Below, piece after piece: positions 43,151 to 52,047 of a stretch of DNA of 64,000 nt. Position 1 is the first letter of the stretch, and each line of letters starts with the position of its first letter. The translations under genes were made by a program, and so were the position numbers. The notes below the pieces were generated by a model that saw only the letters and a program-made list of their open reading frames with translations, searched no databases and was not told where the DNA came from. Source of the stretch: a bacterium (GTDB taxonomy: Bacteria > Hinthialibacterota > Hinthialibacteria > Hinthialibacterales > Hinthialibacteraceae); NCBI GenBank assembly GCA_041946805.1, contig JBHGBC010000001.1, positions 2,866 through 66,865 on the forward strand. The letters run 5' to 3'.

Positions 43151-45742
43151 TCATGGGCGTCCTAACGGCGCGGCGGATTGATCCGGATCCAAATCGATTT
43201 GCACGTTTTCGACATGAATGAGATTTTTGAGCCGGTTTTCCTCGGCTTTTTTCTTTTCGGGATCGTTGGCCTTGTCGTACAGCAGCATGAGATGCGCGGA
43301 GACGGTGGGATCCTCGGGAAACTGGTCGCGGAGGCGTTCGGCGAGTTGGAGGGCTTGGGCCAGCTCGTTGGATTGGTAATAAATCAAACCCTGGCTCAAT
43401 AAAAAGCGGGTATTGTCCGGCGACCGTTTGAGGGCTTCATCGAGGCAGGCCTGGGCCCGGGCGATGTTTTTCCGCCGGGATTCCATGACCGCGGAGAGAA
43501 ACCAGTAGTGGGCGCTCTCCTGGCAGGAAGGGCGGAGAGCGTCCAGATATTCCTTCGCGGCGCCGGGGGTCTGGTTGCGGATGACCCAGCGGGCGAAGGC
43601 CAGTTTGTGAGGCAGGGCGCCCGCGCCGGTCTCCTGCAGGATGGATTGTTTCCGCTGGGTGAAGAGACGGGCGTCGTAATCGGGTTTGGATTGGATGTTG
43701 AAAGCCTGTTCGTTGATTTGGATGAATTCGGCGCCTCGTTCCATGGCCTTTTTCGTGGCGGGGGAGAGGACGGGATTCAAGGTTTTGGGATACACCGCGA
43801 AACAGATGCCCTCCAGCAGTTCCGGTTCGGTGTACAGCGCCGGCTCGGAGGGAGTCACGCCCTCCGCGTAGAACACCCCCCGGTCCGGGGCGGCGCCGGC
43901 GATCAGGGTGAGGGTGTTCACGCGCTGGCTGTTGAACATTTCACCCTGGCAGAAGATCACGGGGACATCCTGCCGGAGGAACTCGAGCACCGCGTCCGCC
44001 GTGCCCACGAACGGTTCGAGCCGGTAGCGGGTTCCGATGCGCACCACTTTCAGGAATTCATGGAAAAACAGGCCGCGGCGGGGCGAGGTTCCCAGCCAGC
44101 TGTTGAGCGTGGCGAACGCGATGGCGTCGCCCCAGTGGCCGCGGATCTCGGCCAGGAGGAACGGCGCGCTGTATTGATCGTACCGGGACATGAGGGAGGA
44201 CACGTTCACCGGCCGCAACTCCTTGGCGGCGTCCGCGGCGGGAGTTTGCGGAATCCGGCGCGCCACCGTCCCCGGATAGGAATCGGGGAACGACTTCGCC
44301 AGTTCGGCCGCATACGCCCGGGCGGATTGCGCGTCTCCCGCGCGGAAAGAGAGATCGGTGAGGAGCGCCAGCACCTGGCAGGGGCGGAATGCGGGATCGG
44401 CTTTTTGGACCTCGCGCAGAGCCTGAACGGCTTCCCGGTACAACCGGTTCCGGCGCAAGATGGCCGCGAGAACGAATTTCTCGTAGGCTTCCGGACCTTT
44501 CCCGCCGTTGCGGGTGGTGAGCGCCGCAGTGGCGTTGGCCACATCGTTATGGAGCAAGTAGAGATAGACCTTGGTCAGCGAGTCGATCCCCTTGAGGCCC
44601 TCGATTTCGCGCCGCCGTTTTTGGCGGTAGGCGTCGAGGGTCTTCTTGAGTTCATCGCCGATGAGCGCGGCGGAACCGCGGGAGCCGTCCAGCCGCCGGG
44701 CCTTTTGCTCCAACTGGTTGGCTTCCTCCTGTTTGCCTTGCTTGGCGCGGACGAGGGAGAAAATGTCGTAAAAATCCCGGGTGGGTTCCACCTGGGGGGC
44801 GTACTGTTCCAGAATCCGGGCCGCCCATGCGAATTCATTGAGAATCAAGGCCCATTTGACGCTTTCGGTGATCAAGTAGGGATCGGCGTACAACAGGGGT
44901 TCCAGGCGGGCCAGGTATTGCCGGGCCCCGTCGTATTGTTTTTTTTCCAGGCTATGGAAAATCAGCATGTTGAGCGCCTGGGGGTCCTGAGGATTCGTGT
45001 GTAGAAGGCCGTTGATGAGGGTTTGCGCTTCGTCGAGATTGCCGTTGACGATCAGGATCTTGGCCCGGTCCAACGCCAGCCAGCGCTCGAGAAGGGGCGA
45101 TCCCATCTGGCCCGCGGCTTGTTCGAAGAACCGTTCGGCCTCGATGAAACGGGTTTCACGGGCCGCCACGATGCCCAGGAAATAGAAGGCGTAAGGGCTG
45201 ATTTTTTGCCGCGACAAGTCGTTGTAAAAGACCTTGTACGCGGTAAGCATGTGGTCCGCCTTGAGGGCGAGGACCATGTAGGCCGGGTGGGGCGGTTCCT
45301 GGCCCTCTCCCTTCTGGATTTGGCGGATGATCGCCTGGGCCGTCTCCCGCCGCTTCCCCTGGTTGATGGCGTTGACAAAATCGGTGAACGGCGGTCCCTG
45401 GAGGGCCGGATCCGCGCCGCCCGGAGCCGGCTCCAGCTTGGTGTAGATCGAGGAATAAAAATCCAGGCAAAAGCGGTGGGCGTTGCGGGACGGTTTCATG
45501 AGTTCGAAAAACTGGGTGAGAAACGAAGCGGTTTTCACACGTTTGTCGAATTCCACGGCGGGGGAAAGAGCCAGATTCCGCAGTTCGGTGATGTCTTCCA
45601 GCGTCAGCGGGATTTCCCGGGTTTTCCCGGGCGCGTCCTTGGCTGCCGCGCTGGTCACCAACACGGCTCCCAGGAGAAGCCATCCCAGGAAGTGCAATCC
45701 CCGGAGTGGAAAGAACGGCGGGCGAAGCGGCGCTGGTATCAT
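43151..45742 (-). CDS. Large TPR/Sel1-like repeat protein with signal peptide
   Basis: 863 aa; N-terminal hydrophobic signal (LGWLLLGAVLVTSAAA), then extensive TPR-like helical repeats. Confidence 0.7.
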   Translation of the reverse strand: MIPAPLRPPFFPLRGLHFLGWLLLGAVLVTSAAAKDAPGKTREIPLTLEDITELRNLALSPAVEFDKRVKTASFLTQFFELMKPSRNAHRFCLDFYSSIYTKLEPAPGGADPALQGPPFTDFVNAINQGKRRETAQAIIRQIQKGEGQEPPHPAYMVLALKADHMLTAYKVFYNDLSRQKISPYAFYFLGIVAARETRFIEAERFFEQAAGQMGSPLLERWLALDRAKILIVNGNLDEAQTLINGLLHTNPQDPQALNMLIFHSLEKKQYDGARQYLARLEPLLYADPYLITESVKWALILNEFAWAARILEQYAPQVEPTRDFYDIFSLVRAKQGKQEEANQLEQKARRLDGSRGSAALIGDELKKTLDAYRQKRRREIEGLKGIDSLTKVYLYLLHNDVANATAALTTRNGGKGPEAYEKFVLAAILRRNRLYREAVQALREVQKADPAFRPCQVLALLTDLSFRAGDAQSARAYAAELAKSFPDSYPGTVARRIPQTPAADAAKELRPVNVSSLMSRYDQYSAPFLLAEIRGHWGDAIAFATLNSWLGTSPRRGLFFHEFLKVVRIGTRYRLEPFVGTADAVLEFLRQDVPVIFCQGEMFNSQRVNTLTLIAGAAPDRGVFYAEGVTPSEPALYTEPELLEGICFAVYPKTLNPVLSPATKKAMERGAEFIQINEQAFNIQSKPDYDARLFTQRKQSILQETGAGALPHKLAFARWVIRNQTPGAAKEYLDALRPSCQESAHYWFLSAVMESRRKNIARAQACLDEALKRSPDNTRFLLSQGLIYYQSNELAQALQLAERLRDQFPEDPTVSAHLMLLYDKANDPEKKKAEENRLKNLIHVENVQIDLDPDQSAAPLGRP

Positions 45743-45796
45743 GAAAATCCGTCCGGAACGAGCCGGAAAAAGCGCGTCGGGAAATCCGGGATCCGG

Positions 45797-46714
45797 TCAA
45801 ACCACGGGCAGGCCCAGACCGGCCAGGACCGCTTTCAGTTTGTCTTCGTTGGCGCGGGCCATGGGCACCAGGGGGGGACGCAAGTCCCCGCAATAGGGCA
45901 GGCGGGTTTCGGGCGAGCGGCTCAGCCAATTGACCGCGGTTTTCACGGGAATGGGATTGGTTTCGATAAACAAGACCTTGTTGAGCTCGGAGAGGTGGCG
46001 GTGCAGCCGCAGCGCTTCCTTCGTGTCGCCCTGGAGATAGGCGTGGACCATGGCGCGCACCGTCTGGGGCGCGACGTTGGCCGAGACGGAAATGACGCCC
46101 CGGCCGCCCACCGCCAAGATGGGCAGGGTCAGGCCGTCGTCCCCCGACCAGACATAAAAGTCCGGGGGGGTCAGGCGGGCGATTTCGGAGATTTGCGTCA
46201 GGTTGCCGCTGGCTTCCTTGATGCCGATGATGTTGTTCTCCTGCGCCAGTTCCACCACGGTCTCGACGTTGATGTTGACGCCGGTCCGGCTTTGGATGTT
46301 GTAGGGGACTTGGGGGATATCCACTTCGCGGGCGAGAGTCTGGAAGTGGTACAACAGTCCCGCCTGCGTGGGCTTGTTGTAATAGGGCGAAATCAGGAGG
46401 GCCGCATCGGCCCCGTAATGCTTGGCGGCCTGGGTCAATTCCAAGGCTTCCCGGGTGCTGTTGCTGCCGGTGCCGGCCATCAGCAGGGGATAGCGCCGGT
46501 TCCCGCGGACGGACCGGATGTACTCGGCGGAGTATTTGATGATCTGTTTGTGTTCCTCGTGGGTGAGGGTGGCGGATTCGCCGGTGGTTCCGCACACCAG
46601 GATGCATTCCGTTTCGGCGGCCACGTGGAAATCGAGGAGTTTTTCCAGGGCGGAGAAATCGACGGCGCCGTCCTTGAACGGGGTTATCAGGGCAACAGCG
46701 GATCCTTCGAACAT
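45797..46714 (-). CDS. dapA: 4-hydroxy-tetrahydrodipicolinate synthase
   Basis: GSAVALITPF..GTTGES.TLTHEEH...YYNKP...IKEASG (Schiff-base Lys context). Start ATG at 46714; the ORF track extends to 46795. Confidence 0.9.
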   Translation of the reverse strand: MFEGSAVALITPFKDGAVDFSALEKLLDFHVAAETECILVCGTTGESATLTHEEHKQIIKYSAEYIRSVRGNRRYPLLMAGTGSNSTREALELTQAAKHYGADAALLISPYYNKPTQAGLLYHFQTLAREVDIPQVPYNIQSRTGVNINVETVVELAQENNIIGIKEASGNLTQISEIARLTPPDFYVWSGDDGLTLPILAVGGRGVISVSANVAPQTVRAMVHAYLQGDTKEALRLHRHLSELNKVLFIETNPIPVKTAVNWLSRSPETRLPYCGDLRPPLVPMARANEDKLKAVLAGLGLPVV

Positions 46715-46833
46715 CGGGTGGGTCCTTTCTTGGGCCGGAATCAACCTGCCTTCCTCGGGCAGGTTCATACTAAAAATCCCAACCGCCTCTGTCAACCAAT
46801 CCGGGATTGAAGTAAACTGAAACGGTCAACAAA

Positions 46834-47985
46834 ATGCGCCACGCCACGTACGCGGCCCGCGTGCAATCCAAATCCCAGGTTCAGTCCTCAAGCATGGCTG
46901 CCCAGTACATACCTCTACGCTCGAGCAATCCCCAATCCGATGCCAACTTGTTCGTGAATTCCCGGATTCTGGTGGTCGATGACGATTCGGCCATCTGCGA
47001 GATTTTATCCGCGTATTTCCGGGATCTCGGAGTGGATTGCCGGCCTTGCCAGAATCCCCGGGATGCGGCGGAGTTGATCCGCCAGAACGAGTACGATGTC
47101 ATTTTATCGGATATTTACATGCCGGGAATGACGGGGCATGAATTGCTGGCCATCGGCATCGAGCATTGTCCGCTCACCCCCTTCGTGCTGATGACGGGCA
47201 ATCCGAACCTGGAGAACGCCATCAGCGCGATCCGCCTGGGCGCCTACGATTACATCACCAAGCCCTTCCACCTGGATTTCGTGTATTTCACCCTCAACCG
47301 GGCCCTGCATTACCGCCGGCTGGCGCTGCAAAACCGGGCCTACCAGGAAAACCTGGAACAACAAGTGGAAGAGCGCACGCGGGAACTGAGCGAGTTCCTG
47401 TTCCTCGCGGTGCAATCGTTGTCCCGCGCCCTGGAAGCCCGGGATCCCTACACCCAGGGCCACGCCACTCGCGTTTCGCACCTGGTGATCCGGGTGGCGA
47501 GGGAATTGGGAGTCGACGAGAAAGATATCCCCGGCTTGCGCCTGGCGGCCCAGCTGCATGACATCGGAAAAATCGGAGTGCCCGATTCCATCCTGCAAAA
47601 AAAGGGGAAACTGACGGACGCCGAGTACGAGGTGATGAAGGACCACGTCAACATCGGCCACAAAATTCTGTCCCCCATCCCCTCCCTCAAGGAAGTCAGC
47701 CGCTACGTGTACGAACATCACGAGCGGGTGGACGGCCGCGGCTATCCCCGGGGGCTCACGCGGGAGCAGATCCATCCCAACAGCCGGATCCTGATGGCGG
47801 TGGAAGTATGCGACGCCCTGGCCACGGAACGGTGTTACAAGGAAGCGTGGGAAATCCCGCGGATCATCGCCTATTTCCGGGAGAACGCCGGCGCGGCCTT
47901 CGACCCGGAGGTTGTCGAGGCCCTGGTCCGGGTTCTGGAAACCGAGGGCGGCCAATTTCTCATGTCGTGGAATGACAGTCCGTGA
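46834..47985 (+). CDS. Response regulator with HD-GYP phosphodiesterase domain
   Basis: REC domain (ILVVDDDSAICE..DVILSDIYMPGMTG), then HD-GYP (AAQLHDIGKIGVPD..YEHHERVDGRGYPRGL). Confidence 0.85.
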   Translation: MRHATYAARVQSKSQVQSSSMAAQYIPLRSSNPQSDANLFVNSRILVVDDDSAICEILSAYFRDLGVDCRPCQNPRDAAELIRQNEYDVILSDIYMPGMTGHELLAIGIEHCPLTPFVLMTGNPNLENAISAIRLGAYDYITKPFHLDFVYFTLNRALHYRRLALQNRAYQENLEQQVEERTRELSEFLFLAVQSLSRALEARDPYTQGHATRVSHLVIRVARELGVDEKDIPGLRLAAQLHDIGKIGVPDSILQKKGKLTDAEYEVMKDHVNIGHKILSPIPSLKEVSRYVYEHHERVDGRGYPRGLTREQIHPNSRILMAVEVCDALATERCYKEAWEIPRIIAYFRENAGAAFDPEVVEALVRVLETEGGQFLMSWNDSP

Positions 47986-49162
47986 CGAACGCCTCGATCC
48001 GCCGCAGCGCCTCCCGCAACGCGTCCAGGGACGTGGCGTAGGAACAGCGGACAAAGCCCTCCCCGCATTCGCCGAAGGCGGTCCCGGGCACCACGGCGAC
48101 GTTGTATTCGGCGAGGAGCCGCTCGGCGAAATCCTGGGAACTCAAGCCGGTCCTTTGAATGGAGGGAAAGACGTAAAACGCGCCCCGGGGGATCATGCAG
48201 GTCAAACCCATGCGGTTGAGGTGATGGCTGATGAAACGCCGCCGCCGGTCGTACTCCTGCCGCATGGTTTCCACTTCCTTGTGGCCGTTTTTCAAGGCCT
48301 CGACGGCCGCGTGCTGAGCCGTGGTGGGCGGGCACATGATGGCGTACTGGTGGATCTTGGTCATGGCCGCGATCAGGTCGGGCGGTCCGGCCGCGAAGCC
48401 CAGGCGCCAGCCGGTCATCGCCCAGGCCTTGGAGAAGCCGTGGAGGAGAACCAGATGGTCCCGCAGCTCGGGAATGGCGGCGAAGGAGAAGGCATCGCCT
48501 TCGTAGGTAAGCGGCAGGTAAATCTCGTCGCTGATCAGAATCAGGCCGTTCCGTAACACGAAATCGGCGATTTCATGCACCTGGTCCTGGCTCAAGGTGG
48601 CCCCGGTGGGATTGTTGGGGTAATTGATCATCAACGCCCGGGTGCGGGGCGTGACGGCCTGGTCCAGATCTTCCCGGCGGGGAGCGAAGCCGTGCCCGGG
48701 CCGGGTGGCCACCCGCACGGGGATTCCGCCCGCCAAGGTCACCAGCGCGGGATACGCCACGAAGGAGGGATCGATGACGATCACTTCGCTGCCGGGTTCC
48801 AGAATGGTCCGGAACACGAGGTCGACCCCTTCGCTGGCCCCCACGGTGATGAGAATTTCCCCGTTCGGATCATAGCGGCGTCCGGTGGTGTTCATCAGAT
48901 AGAGGGAAATTTCCTCGCGCAGGGCGAGGAGGCCGCTGTTGGAGGTGTAGCTGGTGCGGCCCGATTCCAACGAATGGATGCCGGCTTCGCAGACATGCCA
49001 GGGCGTGACGAAATCCGGTTCCCCCACGCCCAGGGAAATCACCCCCTGGCGGCTCATCACCAGGTCAAAAAAACGGCGGATGCCCGAGGGCGGCAAATCC
49101 GCCACGGTTCGGTTCACGCGGGTCTTCCGCGATACGGTTTGAGGGAGGGTGGACATTTTCAT
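47960..49162 (-). CDS. Pyridoxal-phosphate-dependent aminotransferase, class I (aspartate/aromatic type)
   Basis: SGIRRFFD...ISLGVGEPDF N-terminus, NNPTG, and the SKAWAMTGWRLGF PLP-lysine motif. Confidence 0.85.
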   Translation of the reverse strand: MKMSTLPQTVSRKTRVNRTVADLPPSGIRRFFDLVMSRQGVISLGVGEPDFVTPWHVCEAGIHSLESGRTSYTSNSGLLALREEISLYLMNTTGRRYDPNGEILITVGASEGVDLVFRTILEPGSEVIVIDPSFVAYPALVTLAGGIPVRVATRPGHGFAPRREDLDQAVTPRTRALMINYPNNPTGATLSQDQVHEIADFVLRNGLILISDEIYLPLTYEGDAFSFAAIPELRDHLVLLHGFSKAWAMTGWRLGFAAGPPDLIAAMTKIHQYAIMCPPTTAQHAAVEALKNGHKEVETMRQEYDRRRRFISHHLNRMGLTCMIPRGAFYVFPSIQRTGLSSQDFAERLLAEYNVAVVPGTAFGECGEGFVRCSYATSLDALREALRRIEAFVTDCHSTT

Positions 49163-49180
49163 GGTGGAGCGGTGGAGTCC

Positions 49181-49675
49181 TTAGGGGCTGACGGGAATGC
49201 GTTCCTGGCCGTCGGGTTCGACCAGAATGGTTCCCAGTTCCTTGTACTTTTTCAACAGGAAATGCGAGGCGGTGGAGCGGACATTGGGCAGAACCGAGAG
49301 TTTCTCGATCACGAAGTCGGCGATTTCCCGCATGGTTTGGCCTTCGATGACGATCAAGAGGTCATACCCGCCCGAGACCAGGTACACCGAACGGACCTCG
49401 GGAAAGCGGTAGATCCGCTCGGCAATCTTGTCGAAGCCATGGCCGCGTTCAGGCTGCACCGACACTTCGATCAGGCAGGCGACTTTGTCATCCTTGATCC
49501 GTTCCGGATTCATGATGGTCTTGTATCCCAGGATGATCCCCTCTTTTTCCATGGCGCCGATTTGCGCGGCCACCGTGGATTCGTCCTCGGCGATCAAGAC
49601 GGCGATATCCCGGGGCGTCGAGCGGGCGTCTTTCTCGAGGACCTCGAGAATTCTCTTGCGGATGGATGATATCAT
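49181..49675 (-). CDS. Lrp/AsnC-family transcriptional regulator
   Basis: Starting from the ATG at 49675: MISSIRKRILEVLEKDARSTPRDIAVLIAEDESTV (HTH), followed by a RAM domain (YDLLIVIEGQTMREIADFV). The 150 upstream codons of the track ORF are Pro/Arg/Gly low-complexity and unlikely to be coding. Confidence 0.8.
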   Translation of the reverse strand: MISSIRKRILEVLEKDARSTPRDIAVLIAEDESTVAAQIGAMEKEGIILGYKTIMNPERIKDDKVACLIEVSVQPERGHGFDKIAERIYRFPEVRSVYLVSGGYDLLIVIEGQTMREIADFVIEKLSVLPNVRSTASHFLLKKYKELGTILVEPDGQERIPVSP

Positions 49676-49785
49676 AATTTTGTACCCAGGCCGCGCCGGG
49701 CCGGCACGGCGGTAATGGACAGTATGAAAAAACATCATACGTAGTTTGCGGTGATTGGACAATCTCTTTGTGAAAAAAAGTTCGG

Positions 49786-50484
49786 TCAGCCGGTGAAGTG
49801 GATGAAGTTGCGTCTCCCATCCTTCCAGCCGAACGAGAGAACCCGGCCGGTTTTCCCCCCCACCGTATATTCCCGCTGGTAGGTCTGGTGCAGGTGGCCG
49901 TGGACGATCACGTCGATGCCGGAGGCGATGATGGACTCGTAGGCGCGGCGGGGAACCTCCAGAGTGGACGCCGCCTTGCCCGCGACCAGCACCGTGCTGG
50001 CCTGAGAGAGCCGGCGGGCGGTCCGGTGGCGCAGGGGGGCGGGCAATCGATCGGCCAGGAAGCGGAACGGACGGGAGCGGATGACCGTTTTGTAGACCTG
50101 ATACGCCCAGTCGTTCCAGCACAACTCATCCCCATGGCCAATGTACACCGCCCGTCCGCCCAGTTCGGTGACCGTGGGATTCGCCAGCACGTCAATCCAG
50201 GGCTGTTCGTCGAAGTAATGGCTGGCCAGAAAATCCCGGTTGCCTTCGATAAAGAACAATTGGATGCCTTCCCGGTCCCAGCGCCGCAAGCGGTCCAAAA
50301 AAAGCGAGTAGCGGGTTTGCAGAAAAGGAGGATCGTTGACCCAGAAATGAAAAATATCGCCGATCAGGAAGATGCGGCGGGTATCGGGCGGGATTTCGTT
50401 CAACAACCGTTCGATTTCCTCCACCTCCCCGCCGGGGTGATGCAGATCGCTGAAAAAAACGTTTTCTCCGGATGGTTGATTCAT
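49786..50484 (-). CDS. lpxH: LpxH-like metallophosphoesterase (UDP-2,3-diacylglucosamine diphosphatase-like)
   Basis: FFSDLHH, RIFLIGDIFHFW, GNRDFL, IGHGDE, HGHLH; the spacing of these motifs matches calcineurin-like LpxH. Confidence 0.7.
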   Translation of the reverse strand: MNQPSGENVFFSDLHHPGGEVEEIERLLNEIPPDTRRIFLIGDIFHFWVNDPPFLQTRYSLFLDRLRRWDREGIQLFFIEGNRDFLASHYFDEQPWIDVLANPTVTELGGRAVYIGHGDELCWNDWAYQVYKTVIRSRPFRFLADRLPAPLRHRTARRLSQASTVLVAGKAASTLEVPRRAYESIIASGIDVIVHGHLHQTYQREYTVGGKTGRVLSFGWKDGRRNFIHFTG

Positions 50485-50550
50485 CAGCTTCTGGATTAGA
50501 GAAGGAGATCCACTCCATTGTTGGTCAATCAAGTCCTCATGCTTTCGTGT

Positions 50551-50700
50551 GCCGGGCTTTCCTTTCCTCCCCCTCCAGAAGAGGGGCTGGGGGAGGTGAA
50601 ATCCTTACAACACCCTGAACCATTGTCATCTCTGCCATCTCCACCATAAACCAAACACCAAACCATTGTAGGGGCACGTTGCTATGTACCCCTGCGGTAA
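50551..50700 (+). repeat. Mosaic hairpin repeat, divergent copy O (CCTCCCCCTCCAGAAGAGGGGCTGGGGGAGGTGAAAT + TGTAGGGGCACGTTGCTATGTACCCCTGCGG hairpin-2 variant)
   Basis: Shares the core architecture and the TGTAGGGGC.. hairpin-2 opening with copies B and I. Confidence 0.5.
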
Positions 50701-50886
50701 AACAGCCCAAACTTCCGGCTTCCGGGGGGATGACCACCTATGAAAATCCCCGGTAAAAAAGTGAGCCGGGCGGAAGTGAGAACCAAGGGCAAATAGTAGC
50801 AAAAAAGCATAAAGAAAGCGGCCGTGCGGCCGCTTTCTGAATCCTCAAGATATGGAAGGCTGGCTTCCGTCCGGGGATATTCTACT

Positions 50887-51846
50887 TTAGTACCCGCCGA
50901 AGCCTCCGCCGAAGCCACCGCCAAAACCGCCGCCGAAGCCGCCCATGCCGCCGCCCATGCCGCCGCCCATGCCACCGAAGCCGCCACCGAAACCACCACC
51001 ACCGCCCATGCCGCCCCCCAGACCCATGGATCCCGCCTGCCGGTCGAGACGGCGCCGGCGGTATTCTTCAATCCGTTGGAACTGATCCTGACGCTGCTGG
51101 ACCTTGATTTCCTGCTTGGCATAGACCAGGGCGCGGTCCAGGGCGCGTTTGCGGGCGCGATGCCAGATTCGTTCGTTGGCGGAGCGGGGGCGGATCCATC
51201 CCAGGTATTCCGCCAGGGACGTTTGATCCGCGCCTTCAAAATCGAGGCCCAGGTCGGAGACAGGAATATCGGCGATGAGGCCCAATTCGCCCAGCGTCTG
51301 GCCGGCCTGCAGTTGGCGCATCTGGAAATCCAACATGCGGTCGATTTCTTCCTTGGTGAGCGTTTCCGAGCGAAAATCGGGCGACATCATTTTTCCGTAC
51401 ACATCGATCTGTTCCTTGTAAAGATCCTGGAGCCGGTCGATGATGTTCTGGCAAAAATCGGCCATCTTTTGGTATTCGTTGTTCGCGGAAGCCGCCGTTT
51501 TGTAGGATTGCAGGGCCATGGGGAACTGCCGGCTCATCAAGGCCATGAAGGCTTGATTGGCTTGGGCCAACGTGGTATCGAAGCTGCCTGAGGAAGTGGC
51601 AGCCTCTCCCGGCGCGCCGGGCGCGGCTTCGCCCCCGGTTTGCAACGTGGGAGCCGGCAGGGCCGTATCCGGCGCCGCGGCATCCGGCGCGGGCGCGGCC
51701 GGCTCGGCCGTGGCGGCCGCCGGTTCCACGGGGGCGGAGGCATCAGGAGGCGTGGCCGGAACCGCGGCATCCTGCGCGCATACCGGCAGATACAAGGCCG
51801 ACATGAATAAAGCCAAGCAACCAACGATCCCGATTCTTTGTTTCAT
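50887..51846 (-). CDS. Secreted protein with Ala/Pro-rich segment and C-terminal glycine-rich (GGGFGGG)n tail
   Basis: Signal peptide MKQRIGIVGCLALFMSALYLPVCAQD. Acidic helical middle region. C-terminus GGGMGGGGGFGGGFGGMGGGMGGGMGGFGGGFGGGFGGGFGGY. GGGAGAAGG RBS upstream. Confidence 0.5.
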   Translation of the reverse strand: MKQRIGIVGCLALFMSALYLPVCAQDAAVPATPPDASAPVEPAAATAEPAAPAPDAAAPDTALPAPTLQTGGEAAPGAPGEAATSSGSFDTTLAQANQAFMALMSRQFPMALQSYKTAASANNEYQKMADFCQNIIDRLQDLYKEQIDVYGKMMSPDFRSETLTKEEIDRMLDFQMRQLQAGQTLGELGLIADIPVSDLGLDFEGADQTSLAEYLGWIRPRSANERIWHRARKRALDRALVYAKQEIKVQQRQDQFQRIEEYRRRRLDRQAGSMGLGGGMGGGGGFGGGFGGMGGGMGGGMGGFGGGFGGGFGGGFGGY

Positions 51847-52047
51847 GGCCTTCTCCCGTTTGCATCTTGTGGATTTATACCTTCGGTCTATCCACTTTTA
51901 ATTATAATAAAGCCACGTCCCGGCCGTCAAGTAACGGTTTCCGCCACATTATGGCCGATCTCCGGACGAAAGCCAAGGCGTTCCCGCGCCGGGAGAGGGA
52001 AGTGATTGTGTAATCCAAGATAAATCAAGGAGAAAAGCCACTGCACC

